Positions 1 through 8,820 are shown, counted from the first letter of the stretch. The stretch is 13,701 nucleotides of DNA from Candidatus Rifleibacteriota bacterium (GCA_051747585.1 JBNJGH010000088.1:1-13701); one strand, 5' to 3'. Numbers and translations: made by a program. The notes: generated by a model not told the origin, from the letters alone.

Positions 1-31
1 AAAAAAACAATTTTAATAAGGGGAAAAAGAA

Positions 32-157
32 ATGAAAAAAGTTTTATTGGCAGGAGTGGCCTTAACTATAATAACTTGTATTGCAGGCTTTTATTTCAGC
101 AAAAAACAAAAGCGCTTAAAAGAATTTTTGAGCGACAAGGTAATTTTTAAAAATTGA
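32..157 (+). CDS. Small single-pass membrane protein, 41 aa (MKKVLLAGVALTIITCIAGFYFSKKQKRLKEFLSDKVIFKN)
   Basis: Translated by hand, as it is shorter than any ORF in the track. ATG at 32 is preceded by purine-rich AAGGGG (18-23); TGA at 155-157. MKK is followed by a ~19-aa hydrophobic helix and a basic KKQKR stop-transfer segment. Confidence 0.6.
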   Translation: MKKVLLAGVALTIITCIAGFYFSKKQKRLKEFLSDKVIFKN

Positions 158-216
158 CCATTTTTAACCCACAATACCAGCTGCCTGGCAGAAAAGTTGT
201 TTAGAAAGTAGAATTT

Positions 217-729
217 ATGGACAAAAATAAGTTGTTAATTGGACTGATAATTGCTGTGGCCTTGTTTGCCGGTTGGATGTCGAACAGATACATGTTTAAA
301 AAGACAGAGATCGAAAAAATAGAACAGGTCATTTTTGATGCTGCAGCGGCATTTCAGGAAAAAGATTTTGAAAGAGTTGCCGACTTTTTAACCGATGACT
401 TCATTGCATTGCGTGACCGCGACAAGCAAAGCATAATAAAAGATTTGAAAAGATACTTCTTTCAAGTACGAAACCTGGAAGTTTCGATAGAGATTATCAA
501 GCATGAAAATGAAGAACTCAAATCCGATGCGCAAAAAGCCGGGGCAGTAGTGGTAGCAAAGGTAACAGGGACAATTAATAAACGAAAGTTTCAGGCCCTG
601 GGCGGCGATGGTGCCGATACTCTGTTACTGCATTTTCTAAAAATAGACGAAAGCTGGAAAGTTAACAAAGCCAGAGTAATAGACACAAACAATCCCATTG
701 AAGCCCTGAAACAATTAAATCAGGATTAA
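217..729 (+). CDS. Membrane-anchored/exported protein with probable NTF2/SnoaL-like (DUF4440-like) fold
   Basis: 170-aa ORF with an N-terminal hydrophobic anchor. The pattern IEQVIFDAAAAFQEKDFERVADFLTDDF ... HFLKIDESWKV matches NTF2-like superfamily proteins (N-terminal helix 'D...L.DDF', C-terminal 'K....WK[IV]' strand). Confidence 0.6.
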   Translation: MDKNKLLIGLIIAVALFAGWMSNRYMFKKTEIEKIEQVIFDAAAAFQEKDFERVADFLTDDFIALRDRDKQSIIKDLKRYFFQVRNLEVSIEIIKHENEELKSDAQKAGAVVVAKVTGTINKRKFQALGGDGADTLLLHFLKIDESWKVNKARVIDTNNPIEALKQLNQD

Positions 730-741
730 TTACAGCTGCCG

Positions 742-815
742 GAAATTTTCCCACAGAGAGCGGTAAAAAACACAGATTAGTCTATTTTTCAGCCTGATGA
801 CTCAGTGTGAATTTT
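742..815. repeat. Degenerate miniature copy of the CACNGAG / TTTTTCAGCC intergenic element
   Basis: CACAGAG 752-758, CACAGAT 771-777, TTTTTCAGCC 785-794 (identical to 13364-13373) and inverted CTCAGTG 801-807, in the same order as at 13322-13532. Confidence 0.4.
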
Positions 816-3165
816 ATATTTTTTTGCCTTCTTTATGACGAAGCTTCTGTTCACTTTTGATTACGCGCTTCAAATCAAATTTTGAATAGCCAAGCTGACC
901 GGCGACATATTCCAGAGCTTCTTCTTCTTTTTCGGAAAAATCATCATCGGCATAAGCCATCTGTACCGCACCCTTGATAATGTCGAGCTTTTCTTTATTG
1001 TTGTCGGGCATTGGCACATAGGTAGAATCTTCTTTAACCGACTCGATAAGGCCTTCGAGAGTTTCATCGGGCATGTGATATTTTTGGGCCATTTCTTTAA
1101 CAAACTTCATTTCTGAATCCTGCATGACGCCATCTGCCAGAAGAATGCTAACCATTACTGTTATAATGTCTCTGCCTGATCTGGTTTCCAGTTCAATTCG
1201 CTCTTTTTGTCTTTTTCCAGCTTCTTTGTCAAAATGCTTCTGCAAACGCTTTGATACCATTTCGGACTTTCTGGTCAAAATATCCTGATATTCTTTAGAA
1301 TCCTCTTTAAGAAGACTTTTCAGCTGCCAGTCTTTTCCGTCTTTAAGATTAGAACCACAATAACCGCAATGCACAGCAAAAGTTGATTTCAATGGGCCGC
1401 CGCAACTACTGCAATGAGCGCTGCTGAGAATATTATTCTGATTTGTCTGACACTTTGCATCTCTGGCAAGAACAAAAACATCGCGAACCGGCTTGTTATA
1501 TCTGATACGCTCCACTACCCTGCCCTGCGGATTCAACTTTACCGGAACCCCGCTCCAGACAACAAGCACATAAAGAACAATCTCTTCTTCTTTGATTGAA
1601 ATGCCTTTTAAATCAACAGTGGCAATGGCTATATTTTCATAGTATTCAGTCAAACCATTCACAGATTTTTTAAAATTATTTTTTAATTTTTCGGCAATTT
1701 GCTCTCTAATAAAACGATATACCTCTTCGACCTTTTTCTCGCGCTCAGCCTGACGCAGTTTCCAGAATATAACTGCAGCAAGATCTTCTACTTGATGAAT
1801 AGTAAACTGTGGGTCAGCCTGTTTAAGTTGCTGCCAGGAAGGAACCAGAGAAGGGTCAGCGTAAGACCACTCACAACCCTGGGTAATCTTGGAAAGAACC
1901 CAGTCGTAATAACCCGACCTGATGAATGATTTACAAACCTCACAAACCGTTGCCTGCCCAACTTTAATCGGTGCACCGCAATTCGGGCAGCTTCCTTCGA
2001 GAAGACCTGGTTTTTTGAGGGTTTTAACCGATGGTCGACGCACAAATGACCAATATTCATAGAAATTGCGAGTTCCGGGTTTACCAATAACACTACCGGT
2101 TTTTATATCTATTACAGATTCGGCAACAGTTGCCTGAATAAGCACCTGTATCTCATCAAAACTTCCATCAGAAAAAACATGATCGACAGTTGCAGATTTA
2201 CACTTGAGTTCGCTGAGTTTATATTTAATCCCTGCAGCTTTCAGTTCTTGAATTCTACAATTAAACTGCTCATATAATGCATCGGAAACGAATGGTTGAA
2301 TTTTTTCGATGTTCTGCTTGTAAACAGCAGTTTGCACCATTTTAAATGCTTTGCGGGCACGATTCAAAAATTCTATTTCATCAAATAGTTTATCGCGCTT
2401 TTTCAGATTGGCAAGATTGAGGTTTCTGGTATGATTTTGGGTAATTGTGTGTTTGTGAGGTTCCTGACGAGTTTGAATCCCGGTTAACTTGATTGTGCTG
2501 AAATTATCACTGAAAGCACAAATATTAGTGGCAGTAGACTCTACATGAGGACGAACAAGCTCCCACCACCCGGCTTCCAGTATATTACTCATTCGGGCTT
2601 TCTGAGTAGAACTCAAGCCGGTAATATCCTGTTTTTCTTCGGAAGCAAATCTACTTTGGGCTATATCTCCGGGACGCATTGATAAAACGTGTATGGCGGG
2701 ATACAGCAAAATAAGCATATAAACAAAGGAAGAAAAAGCAGGTTTGTTGATGATTTGCGCAAATATAAAAAGTATCAGGGTTAAAACCAGAGCTACCGGC
2801 AAAGTAATTTTATACCCCGGAAGTTCAAAGTATTTAAACCTGTATAATAATGCGGGTATACCTATTAAAATAAAATATAAAATTGCCAGCAAAGGATTTG
2901 CCAGCAATATATAACAGGCCAACACCAGAGAGCACCAATAGACTAAAAATAAAGAAAAAGGCATTAGAAAAATAAAAATTGCCGAAATGATAAAAAAAGC
3001 ATAATAACCGGTTCTGACAACCAAACCATCTGAAAACAACAGCTCTAGAACTTCAAAAGCACCGCTCATATCGGGGGCTTTAATTTTGAGCGCAATTGCA
3101 CCAAGAACAATACTTACAATTAAACCTATAAAGGTTTTTTTCCCAATTTTAAATATGTCATCCAT
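814..3165 (-). CDS. Membrane protein with two Tim44-like domains, two Cys4 zinc ribbons and a C-terminal TerB-like region
   Basis: 783 aa with several N-terminal TM helices. Tim44-like motifs: FLNRARKAFKMVQTA..IQPFVSDALY..FYEYWSFVR and DPQFTIHQVEDLAAVIFWKL..RDVFVLAR. Zinc ribbons: CPNCGAP..CEVC and CSSCGGP..CGYC. TerB-like repeats: LADGVMQDSE and AYADDDFSEKE. GGAG RBS at 3177-3180 on the minus strand. Confidence 0.75.
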   Translation of the reverse strand: MDDIFKIGKKTFIGLIVSIVLGAIALKIKAPDMSGAFEVLELLFSDGLVVRTGYYAFFIISAIFIFLMPFSLFLVYWCSLVLACYILLANPLLAILYFILIGIPALLYRFKYFELPGYKITLPVALVLTLILFIFAQIINKPAFSSFVYMLILLYPAIHVLSMRPGDIAQSRFASEEKQDITGLSSTQKARMSNILEAGWWELVRPHVESTATNICAFSDNFSTIKLTGIQTRQEPHKHTITQNHTRNLNLANLKKRDKLFDEIEFLNRARKAFKMVQTAVYKQNIEKIQPFVSDALYEQFNCRIQELKAAGIKYKLSELKCKSATVDHVFSDGSFDEIQVLIQATVAESVIDIKTGSVIGKPGTRNFYEYWSFVRRPSVKTLKKPGLLEGSCPNCGAPIKVGQATVCEVCKSFIRSGYYDWVLSKITQGCEWSYADPSLVPSWQQLKQADPQFTIHQVEDLAAVIFWKLRQAEREKKVEEVYRFIREQIAEKLKNNFKKSVNGLTEYYENIAIATVDLKGISIKEEEIVLYVLVVWSGVPVKLNPQGRVVERIRYNKPVRDVFVLARDAKCQTNQNNILSSAHCSSCGGPLKSTFAVHCGYCGSNLKDGKDWQLKSLLKEDSKEYQDILTRKSEMVSKRLQKHFDKEAGKRQKERIELETRSGRDIITVMVSILLADGVMQDSEMKFVKEMAQKYHMPDETLEGLIESVKEDSTYVPMPDNNKEKLDIIKGAVQMAYADDDFSEKEEEALEYVAGQLGYSKFDLKRVIKSEQKLRHKEGKKI

Positions 3166-3217
3166 TATGAAGTTAACTCCAGCAGTTCAGTTAATTTCTT
3201 TATTTCACTTTAATCTT

Positions 3218-3260
3218 ATTATACATGGTAGATTTTAATTTGCGCCTGAAAATTTCAGGC
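3218..3260 (-). promoter_or_regulatory. Candidate -10 box (TATAAT, 3223-3218) for the Tim44-like gene, with an upstream perfect 8-1-8 palindrome GCCTGAAA-A-TTTCAGGC (3244-3260)
   Basis: Both elements read directly in the divergent intergenic region. There is no consensus -35 at 17-bp spacing (GGCGCA). Confidence 0.4.
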
Positions 3261-3343
3261 AGAAAAAATTGTCTGATAGGCTCATATGAATACAGGTAAT
3301 GCCGATAATTTTACTGAAATACTAAAAAAAAGGTTCTGGTAAA

Positions 3344-4447
3344 ATGTTAAGAAAAGTTGTTTTTGCGCTTTCATGTTTCTTATTTTTTGCACCGCTTTGT
3401 TATGGACAAAATGCTTTTAATCAGCTCTTAGAGACCTATGAACAAAGCTGCGAAATTGAGCTGGAGTTAAAAGAAAAAGAATACGAGCGTCGCGATGCCA
3501 TAATAGAATTTTTAGAGCCACACACAGGCTCAAATTATGTAAAAAATAATTTAAGACACCTGGCAAGAATTGCAGTCAGACCACACAGCGAAAACTATAT
3601 AGATAACATCCTGGAAAATTATATTTCTGATGACGACAGACGCAAAGAAATTTTAAAAGAACTCGATCTGCCGGAAATTTCCAGCAGCCTTATAAGAGAC
3701 TTCGACTACCAGCTTAAAAATCTGATCGAACCATTAAGATGCCCTCAGATTGATGGATACAGATACGCACATTATTCAAGAGATGAAGCCAGATCGGTTT
3801 ATGAGCAAAAGCTCGTAGCGAAGCACGCAATAGGATCTTTTCAAACCTACGAAAGATTTTTTAATGACCAGATCTTTAAAGTAAGAATTTATTCGCCGAC
3901 CAAAAGAGGTCTTTTTAAAATGAACCGTGATGTTTATTTAAACCGTTTAACAGTAGATTATGAAGTAGATGGTCAAACAAAGCAGTCGGTTAAAGATTTT
4001 AAACGATTCTTAAAGCGCGGTGAAAATCTGGAGTTCAATCTAACGGAAATCGCTGACAACGCAACAATCAAGCTCACCTATGCCACCAAGCCCGAACACC
4101 GAAACAAAGCATATTTTGTGGTAGAACCATTTGCAGCAGAGCTGATAGACGATCCCGATTCACCTTTCAAAAGTCTGATAAGCCACATTGACGAAGAAAA
4201 ATATAAAAAAGACGGAATTTCAAACAAACTTGCTTCGGTTCAGATTTTAAAAGCTGGGCTAAAAGATGCCATGCTAAATTTTCATAATCAGGAAAGCCTC
4301 GAAACTCATAGCAAAAAAACCAGCCAAACCTCTGTAGAAAAAACCAAAGCCAACAAAGACGATATTCAGTATTTTATTTATATGCTCAGAGACGAAAACA
4401 ACTCCCGCGAAAAACTCGAAAATAAGTTTAAGCAGCTGTTTAACTGA
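3344..4447 (+). CDS. Hypothetical secreted protein
   Basis: 367-aa ORF with a Sec-type signal peptide (MLRKVVFALSCFLFFAPLCYG|QN). No family recognised. Followed by a strong terminator. Confidence 0.7.
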   Translation: MLRKVVFALSCFLFFAPLCYGQNAFNQLLETYEQSCEIELELKEKEYERRDAIIEFLEPHTGSNYVKNNLRHLARIAVRPHSENYIDNILENYISDDDRRKEILKELDLPEISSSLIRDFDYQLKNLIEPLRCPQIDGYRYAHYSRDEARSVYEQKLVAKHAIGSFQTYERFFNDQIFKVRIYSPTKRGLFKMNRDVYLNRLTVDYEVDGQTKQSVKDFKRFLKRGENLEFNLTEIADNATIKLTYATKPEHRNKAYFVVEPFAAELIDDPDSPFKSLISHIDEEKYKKDGISNKLASVQILKAGLKDAMLNFHNQESLETHSKKTSQTSVEKTKANKDDIQYFIYMLRDENNSREKLENKFKQLFN

Positions 4448-4461
4448 TTCGGGCTAAACAT

Positions 4462-4502
4462 AAAAACCAGCTACCGGCGTACAAAGCCGGTAGCTGGTTT
4501 TA
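4462..4502. terminator. Bidirectional intrinsic terminator between the hypothetical gene and argJ
   Basis: Perfect 16-bp stem AAAACCAGCTACCGGC (4463-4478) / GCCGGTAGCTGGTTTT (4486-4501), 7-nt loop, T-tracts on both strands, between convergent genes. Confidence 0.9.
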
Positions 4503-4519
4503 GTTGGTAACTTTAAAAA

Positions 4520-5728
4520 TCAGGTAGTGTATTCGGCGTTGATGCGAACGTATTCATAGGAGAAGTCACTGCCCCATGCGGTGGCTTTGCCTTCTCCGCT
4601 GTTAAGATTTATGGCAATTTTGATTTGTGATGCGCGCATTTTACGCTTGACCATGGTTCGGTTATGATCGGTGGGCTGGCTTTTTTCGAGAATCTGAACC
4701 GGATCTTTAAAACCAATTATTAAATCAATTTTATCGGGATCAAAATCAACTCCGGCTCTACCGGCGGCAGCAACTATTCGTCCCCAGTTGGGGTCACGAC
4801 CAAAGACTGCAGTTTTTACCAGATTTGAATCAGAAATAGTACGAGCTATTTTTCGAGCGCCTTCGTCATCCGGGGCACCGGTTACTTCATATTCAACAAA
4901 CTTGGTCGAGCCTTCGCCATCTGAGACAATAAGTTTGGCCAGATAACGCGCAAGCTCTTCGAGTTTTTCAACAAACTTATAGTAATGATCATTTTTCTCA
5001 GTAATCTTACGATTCCCGGCTGCGCCGTTACAAAGAACTGCAAGCATATCATTGGTAGAAGTGTCACCATCAACCGAAATCATGTTAAATGTTTTCTCAT
5101 TTACTTCCAGCAGCGCTTCTCTAAGCAATTCAGAAGATATAGCCAGATCAGAAATGATAAAGCCAAGCATGGTGCCCATATTGGGATGAATCATTCCGCT
5201 GCCTTTTGCTATTCCGGCGAGCATAATTTTTTTCTTACCAATTTTAAAGTTTGAGTAACCCTCTTTGGCAAAGGTATCTGTAGTAAGGATAGCATTGGAA
5301 GTTAGTGTGCCCGCAATTTTACGGTTACTCAGCTTAGGCACAACCTTGTATTTTATACCGTTTACCACTTTATCTATAGGAAATGGCTCGCCGATAATTC
5401 CGGTGCTGGCAACCAACACGTTTTCTTTCTTTATGCCAAGTTCTTCTGCGGCAACTTCAGCAGTTTTTTCGGCGGCCTGGCGTCCCTTTTCGCCGGTGCA
5501 GGCATTTGCGTTTCCGCTGTTTACTACTATTGCCTGAATAATTCCGTCTTCTATATGTTTACGACTGAGTTTAATTGGCTCAGCTACCACCAGATTCCGA
5601 GTAAAAACGGCAGCAGCACTTGCGGGAGTTTCAGAAAAGATAATTGCCAGATCGCGCCTTTTAGACTTGATACCCACATGGGCTCCCCAGCATTTAAAAC
5701 CTTTAATATCACTTATACTGTGATGCAT
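4520..5728 (-). CDS. argJ: Ornithine acetyltransferase / glutamate N-acetyltransferase ArgJ
   Basis: Motifs NSGNANACTG, ASTGIIG, ILTTDT, AKGSGMIHPNMGTML (autoproteolytic Thr), DGDTSTND, DGEG, LVKTA..DPNWGRI and C-terminal YVRINAEYTT. Confidence 0.97.
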   Translation of the reverse strand: MHHSISDIKGFKCWGAHVGIKSKRRDLAIIFSETPASAAAVFTRNLVVAEPIKLSRKHIEDGIIQAIVVNSGNANACTGEKGRQAAEKTAEVAAEELGIKKENVLVASTGIIGEPFPIDKVVNGIKYKVVPKLSNRKIAGTLTSNAILTTDTFAKEGYSNFKIGKKKIMLAGIAKGSGMIHPNMGTMLGFIISDLAISSELLREALLEVNEKTFNMISVDGDTSTNDMLAVLCNGAAGNRKITEKNDHYYKFVEKLEELARYLAKLIVSDGEGSTKFVEYEVTGAPDDEGARKIARTISDSNLVKTAVFGRDPNWGRIVAAAGRAGVDFDPDKIDLIIGFKDPVQILEKSQPTDHNRTMVKRKMRASQIKIAINLNSGEGKATAWGSDFSYEYVRINAEYTT

Positions 5729-5752
5729 TTCTTTCTCCTTGTTAAATATTGA

Positions 5753-6793
5753 TTAAGGCATTAACGGCAATGAATCAAGACCGGTGGTCTCGTTCAGGCC
5801 AAGCATTATATTCATATTTGCTACTGCAGCACCGCTGGCACCTTTTACCAGATTATCTATGGTACTGATGACAATAACTCTGTTAGTACGTTCATCATAG
5901 TCTACAAAAATATCGATAAAGTTTGAACCACGCACGCCTTTGAGGGAAGGTGGCGCTGATTGCACTCTTACAAACGGCTCCTGAGCAAAAGTCTGCTTAA
6001 AAAGCTCAAGAAGCTTTTCGGGACTCTGTTTTTCTTTTGGAGTTGCATAAATCGTAGAAAGAATACCGCGATCAACCGGCAACAGATGCGGAGTAAACAG
6101 AATAGAAGGTTTACGGTTGCTGACCTTACCCAATATCAACTCCATTTCTGGTGTATGGCGATGAGATTTGAGTTTATAAGCTTTAAAATTTCCGAAAATG
6201 TCGGGAAAATGAGTAGCAGCTTTTGGCTTTGCACCAGCACCGCTGACGCCGGTTTTCGCATCAACAATTATTCCTTCGGTTTCTATGATATTTTCTTTAA
6301 GCAATGGCGCGAGAGGAATAATGGTAGAAGTTGGAAAACATCCGGGATTAGCAACCAGAGTAGCATCTTTTAATTCGCTACGAAAGAATTCAGGCATTCC
6401 ATAAACCGCTTTGTCCATATATTGTGGACAGATATGATCCATGCCATACCAGCTTTCGTATTCTTTCTGGCTGTCGAGGCGAAAGTCACCGGAAAGATCG
6501 ATGATTCGTTTGCATTTTTCGAGGTTTTCGCCAACAAAGTTCATAGAAGCGCCGTGAGGCAGCCCCAGAAAAACCACATCAGGGTTTTGAGCTGCTACAT
6601 CTTTTATAGATGCTATCTGCAAATCATTTTTGCGACTGTGCCAGGGATAAATCTCTGACAGCATTCTGCCTTTCTGCGATTCAGAGGTCACCATGCTAAG
6701 CTCAACCTCAGGGTGAGTGGTTAAGATTCTAACGAGTTCAGATCCTGTGTATCCGGTAACGCCGACAATTGCGGCAGTAAATTTCTTTGTCAT
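5753..6793 (-). CDS. argC: N-acetyl-gamma-glutamyl-phosphate reductase ArgC
   Basis: Rossmann motif GVTGYTG, LPHG, IIDLSGDFRL, catalytic ANPGCFPT, GVSGAG, HRHTPE, IDNLVKGASG. Start overlaps the argD stop (ATGA, 6790-6793). Confidence 0.97.
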   Translation of the reverse strand: MTKKFTAAIVGVTGYTGSELVRILTTHPEVELSMVTSESQKGRMLSEIYPWHSRKNDLQIASIKDVAAQNPDVVFLGLPHGASMNFVGENLEKCKRIIDLSGDFRLDSQKEYESWYGMDHICPQYMDKAVYGMPEFFRSELKDATLVANPGCFPTSTIIPLAPLLKENIIETEGIIVDAKTGVSGAGAKPKAATHFPDIFGNFKAYKLKSHRHTPEMELILGKVSNRKPSILFTPHLLPVDRGILSTIYATPKEKQSPEKLLELFKQTFAQEPFVRVQSAPPSLKGVRGSNFIDIFVDYDERTNRVIVISTIDNLVKGASGAAVANMNIMLGLNETTGLDSLPLMP

Positions 6794-7983
6794 TTTTCAA
6801 GCTCCTTTAAAGACTGAGCAAGAGTATCTACAACCTTGTCAAGCTCTTCGATCGTCATCACCAGCGGCGGCAGGAATCTTACAACATTTGCTCCGGCTAC
6901 TCCGGCAATAACTTTTTTATCTCTCATAATTGTCAAAACATCAGCTGCTTTATGAGTAACCTCAACACCGACCATAAGGCCGTTTCCGCGCACTTCCTTT
7001 ACTGAGGGAAATTCTTCGGCCAGCTTTTCAAGTCGTTCGATGAAATGCTTACCCTTTTCTTTTGCAGCCTGTGGAAGCTTTTCTTCAATAATGGTAGAAA
7101 GGGTTGCAAAAGCTGCAGCGCAGGCCAACGGATTACCACCAAAAGTAGTTCCGTGATCACCGGGACTTAACGATTCGGCAACCTTGTCTGAAGCTATGAA
7201 CGAACCGATGGGGAAACCGTTACCAAGAGCTTTTGCCAGGGTAACTATATCGGGTTTTACACCATATTGTTCGTAAGCAAACAATGTTCCGGTGCGACCA
7301 AGGCCACATTGAATTTCATCAAAAATAAGCACAACATCATGTTCGTCGCAAAGTTGTCGCGCACGCTTTATATAGTCATGACCTGCGCAGAAAATGCCGC
7401 CTTCGCCCTGCAAAGGTTCGATTATCAGAGCAACAGTGTCTTTGTTGACCGCTTTTTCAAGGGCGGTAATATCATTGAAAGGGATCTGCTCAAACCCCTC
7501 GGGCAATGGATCAAAACCCTGCTGATATTTTTTCTTACCCATGGTTATGGTGGCAAGTGTACGGCCATGAAAACAATTACCCATTGAATAGATGGGGCCG
7601 GTTTTACCTTTTTGTGCACCATATTTGCGGGCCATTTTTATTGCACCCTCGACCGCCTCGGCACCGCTGTTACAGAAAAATGCCCTGTCGAGCCCACTGC
7701 TCTGCACAAGCAGTCGAGCAAGTTTGGTCTGGGGTATGGTAAAAAACAGATTCGAAACATGCACCAGAGTCTTTGCCTGCTCGATAATTGCATCTGTTAC
7801 CACAGGATGACAGTGCCCGAGGCCACAAACGGCAATACCGGCAAGAGCATCGATATATTCATTACCCTTGTCATCATATAAATGAGTGCCCTCACCCTTT
7901 ACAATAGTTAAATCAAATCTTTTATATATTTGCAGATGATGTTCCTGCTCAACAGCGCGAACATCTAAATTTTCGTTATTCAT
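6790..7983 (-). CDS. argD: Acetylornithine aminotransferase ArgD (class III PLP enzyme)
   Basis: Motifs LGHCHP, FCNSGAEAVE, FHGRT, EPLQGEGG, DEIQCGLGRTG, PDIVTLAKALG (PLP lysine) and HGTTFGGNPLAC; arg operon context. Confidence 0.93.
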   Translation of the reverse strand: MNNENLDVRAVEQEHHLQIYKRFDLTIVKGEGTHLYDDKGNEYIDALAGIAVCGLGHCHPVVTDAIIEQAKTLVHVSNLFFTIPQTKLARLLVQSSGLDRAFFCNSGAEAVEGAIKMARKYGAQKGKTGPIYSMGNCFHGRTLATITMGKKKYQQGFDPLPEGFEQIPFNDITALEKAVNKDTVALIIEPLQGEGGIFCAGHDYIKRARQLCDEHDVVLIFDEIQCGLGRTGTLFAYEQYGVKPDIVTLAKALGNGFPIGSFIASDKVAESLSPGDHGTTFGGNPLACAAAFATLSTIIEEKLPQAAKEKGKHFIERLEKLAEEFPSVKEVRGNGLMVGVEVTHKAADVLTIMRDKKVIAGVAGANVVRFLPPLVMTIEELDKVVDTLAQSLKELEK

Positions 7984-8001
7984 ATTTTCCTCCGTGGAAA
8001 T

Positions 8002-8820
8002 TTATGCGGTTATAGTTGTACCGCTTTTCATATCGGTTGAAAGCATACCGGCAAGTGAGTCAGGGTTGTTTCCCTGAACTATGTGAGAGAGACCTGCGCC
8101 CTTTTGCAAGGCAATCAGACAGGATTCAATTTTAGGAATCATGCCGCCTTTAATCTGAGGCAGAATATCTTTTGCCTGAGCGCTATCAAGACTGCTTATT
8201 CTGGTAGATGGATCTTCCACATTCTGACGCAAACCGTCAATATCTGTTAAAACACTGAAGTGATCTACGCCCAGTGCACCGGCAAGGTGACCGGCAAACA
8301 TGTCGGCATTTACATTGTAGCTGTTGCCGTCATTATCCATAGAAACCGGTGATACTACGGGAAGGTAATTGTTTTCGAGCAAAAGAGAAATCAATTCGGT
8401 ATTAATATCAGTAACATCGCCGACAAAACCTATATCTATTTTTGCGCCATCTTCTTTATTGCCTTCGGTAGCATATCTTTTAACTATCTGGGCCATTAAA
8501 GCATCTTTACCGCTTAAACCAACCGCTTTGGCCCCGGCAGCATTCAACTGACTGACCAGGCGACCGTTTACCTGCCCCGAAAGGGCCATTTCTACATAGT
8601 TCATAGCATCCTTATCTGTCTGACGATGCCCATGGACAAACTTGCTTTCTACTTCTGCCTGCTTGAGAAGAGAGGCTATAAAAGGACCGCCTCCATGAAC
8701 GACCACAACTCGATGCCCTGATTTATAAAGCTTAACCAACTCAGAAACCACAACCTTTTCGGCTTCAGAATCGGTCATAGCGTTCCCACCATATTTAACA
8801 AGCAACTTCTGCTTCTTCAT
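8002..8820 (-). CDS. argB: Acetylglutamate kinase ArgB
   Basis: Motifs VKYGGNA, VVHGGGP, GLSGKD, GFVG, NVNAD, LTDIDG and GGMIPK. GAGG RBS just upstream. Confidence 0.96.
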   Translation of the reverse strand: MKKQKLLVKYGGNAMTDSEAEKVVVSELVKLYKSGHRVVVVHGGGPFIASLLKQAEVESKFVHGHRQTDKDAMNYVEMALSGQVNGRLVSQLNAAGAKAVGLSGKDALMAQIVKRYATEGNKEDGAKIDIGFVGDVTDINTELISLLLENNYLPVVSPVSMDNDGNSYNVNADMFAGHLAGALGVDHFSVLTDIDGLRQNVEDPSTRISSLDSAQAKDILPQIKGGMIPKIESCLIALQKGAGLSHIVQGNNPDSLAGMLSTDMKSGTTITA

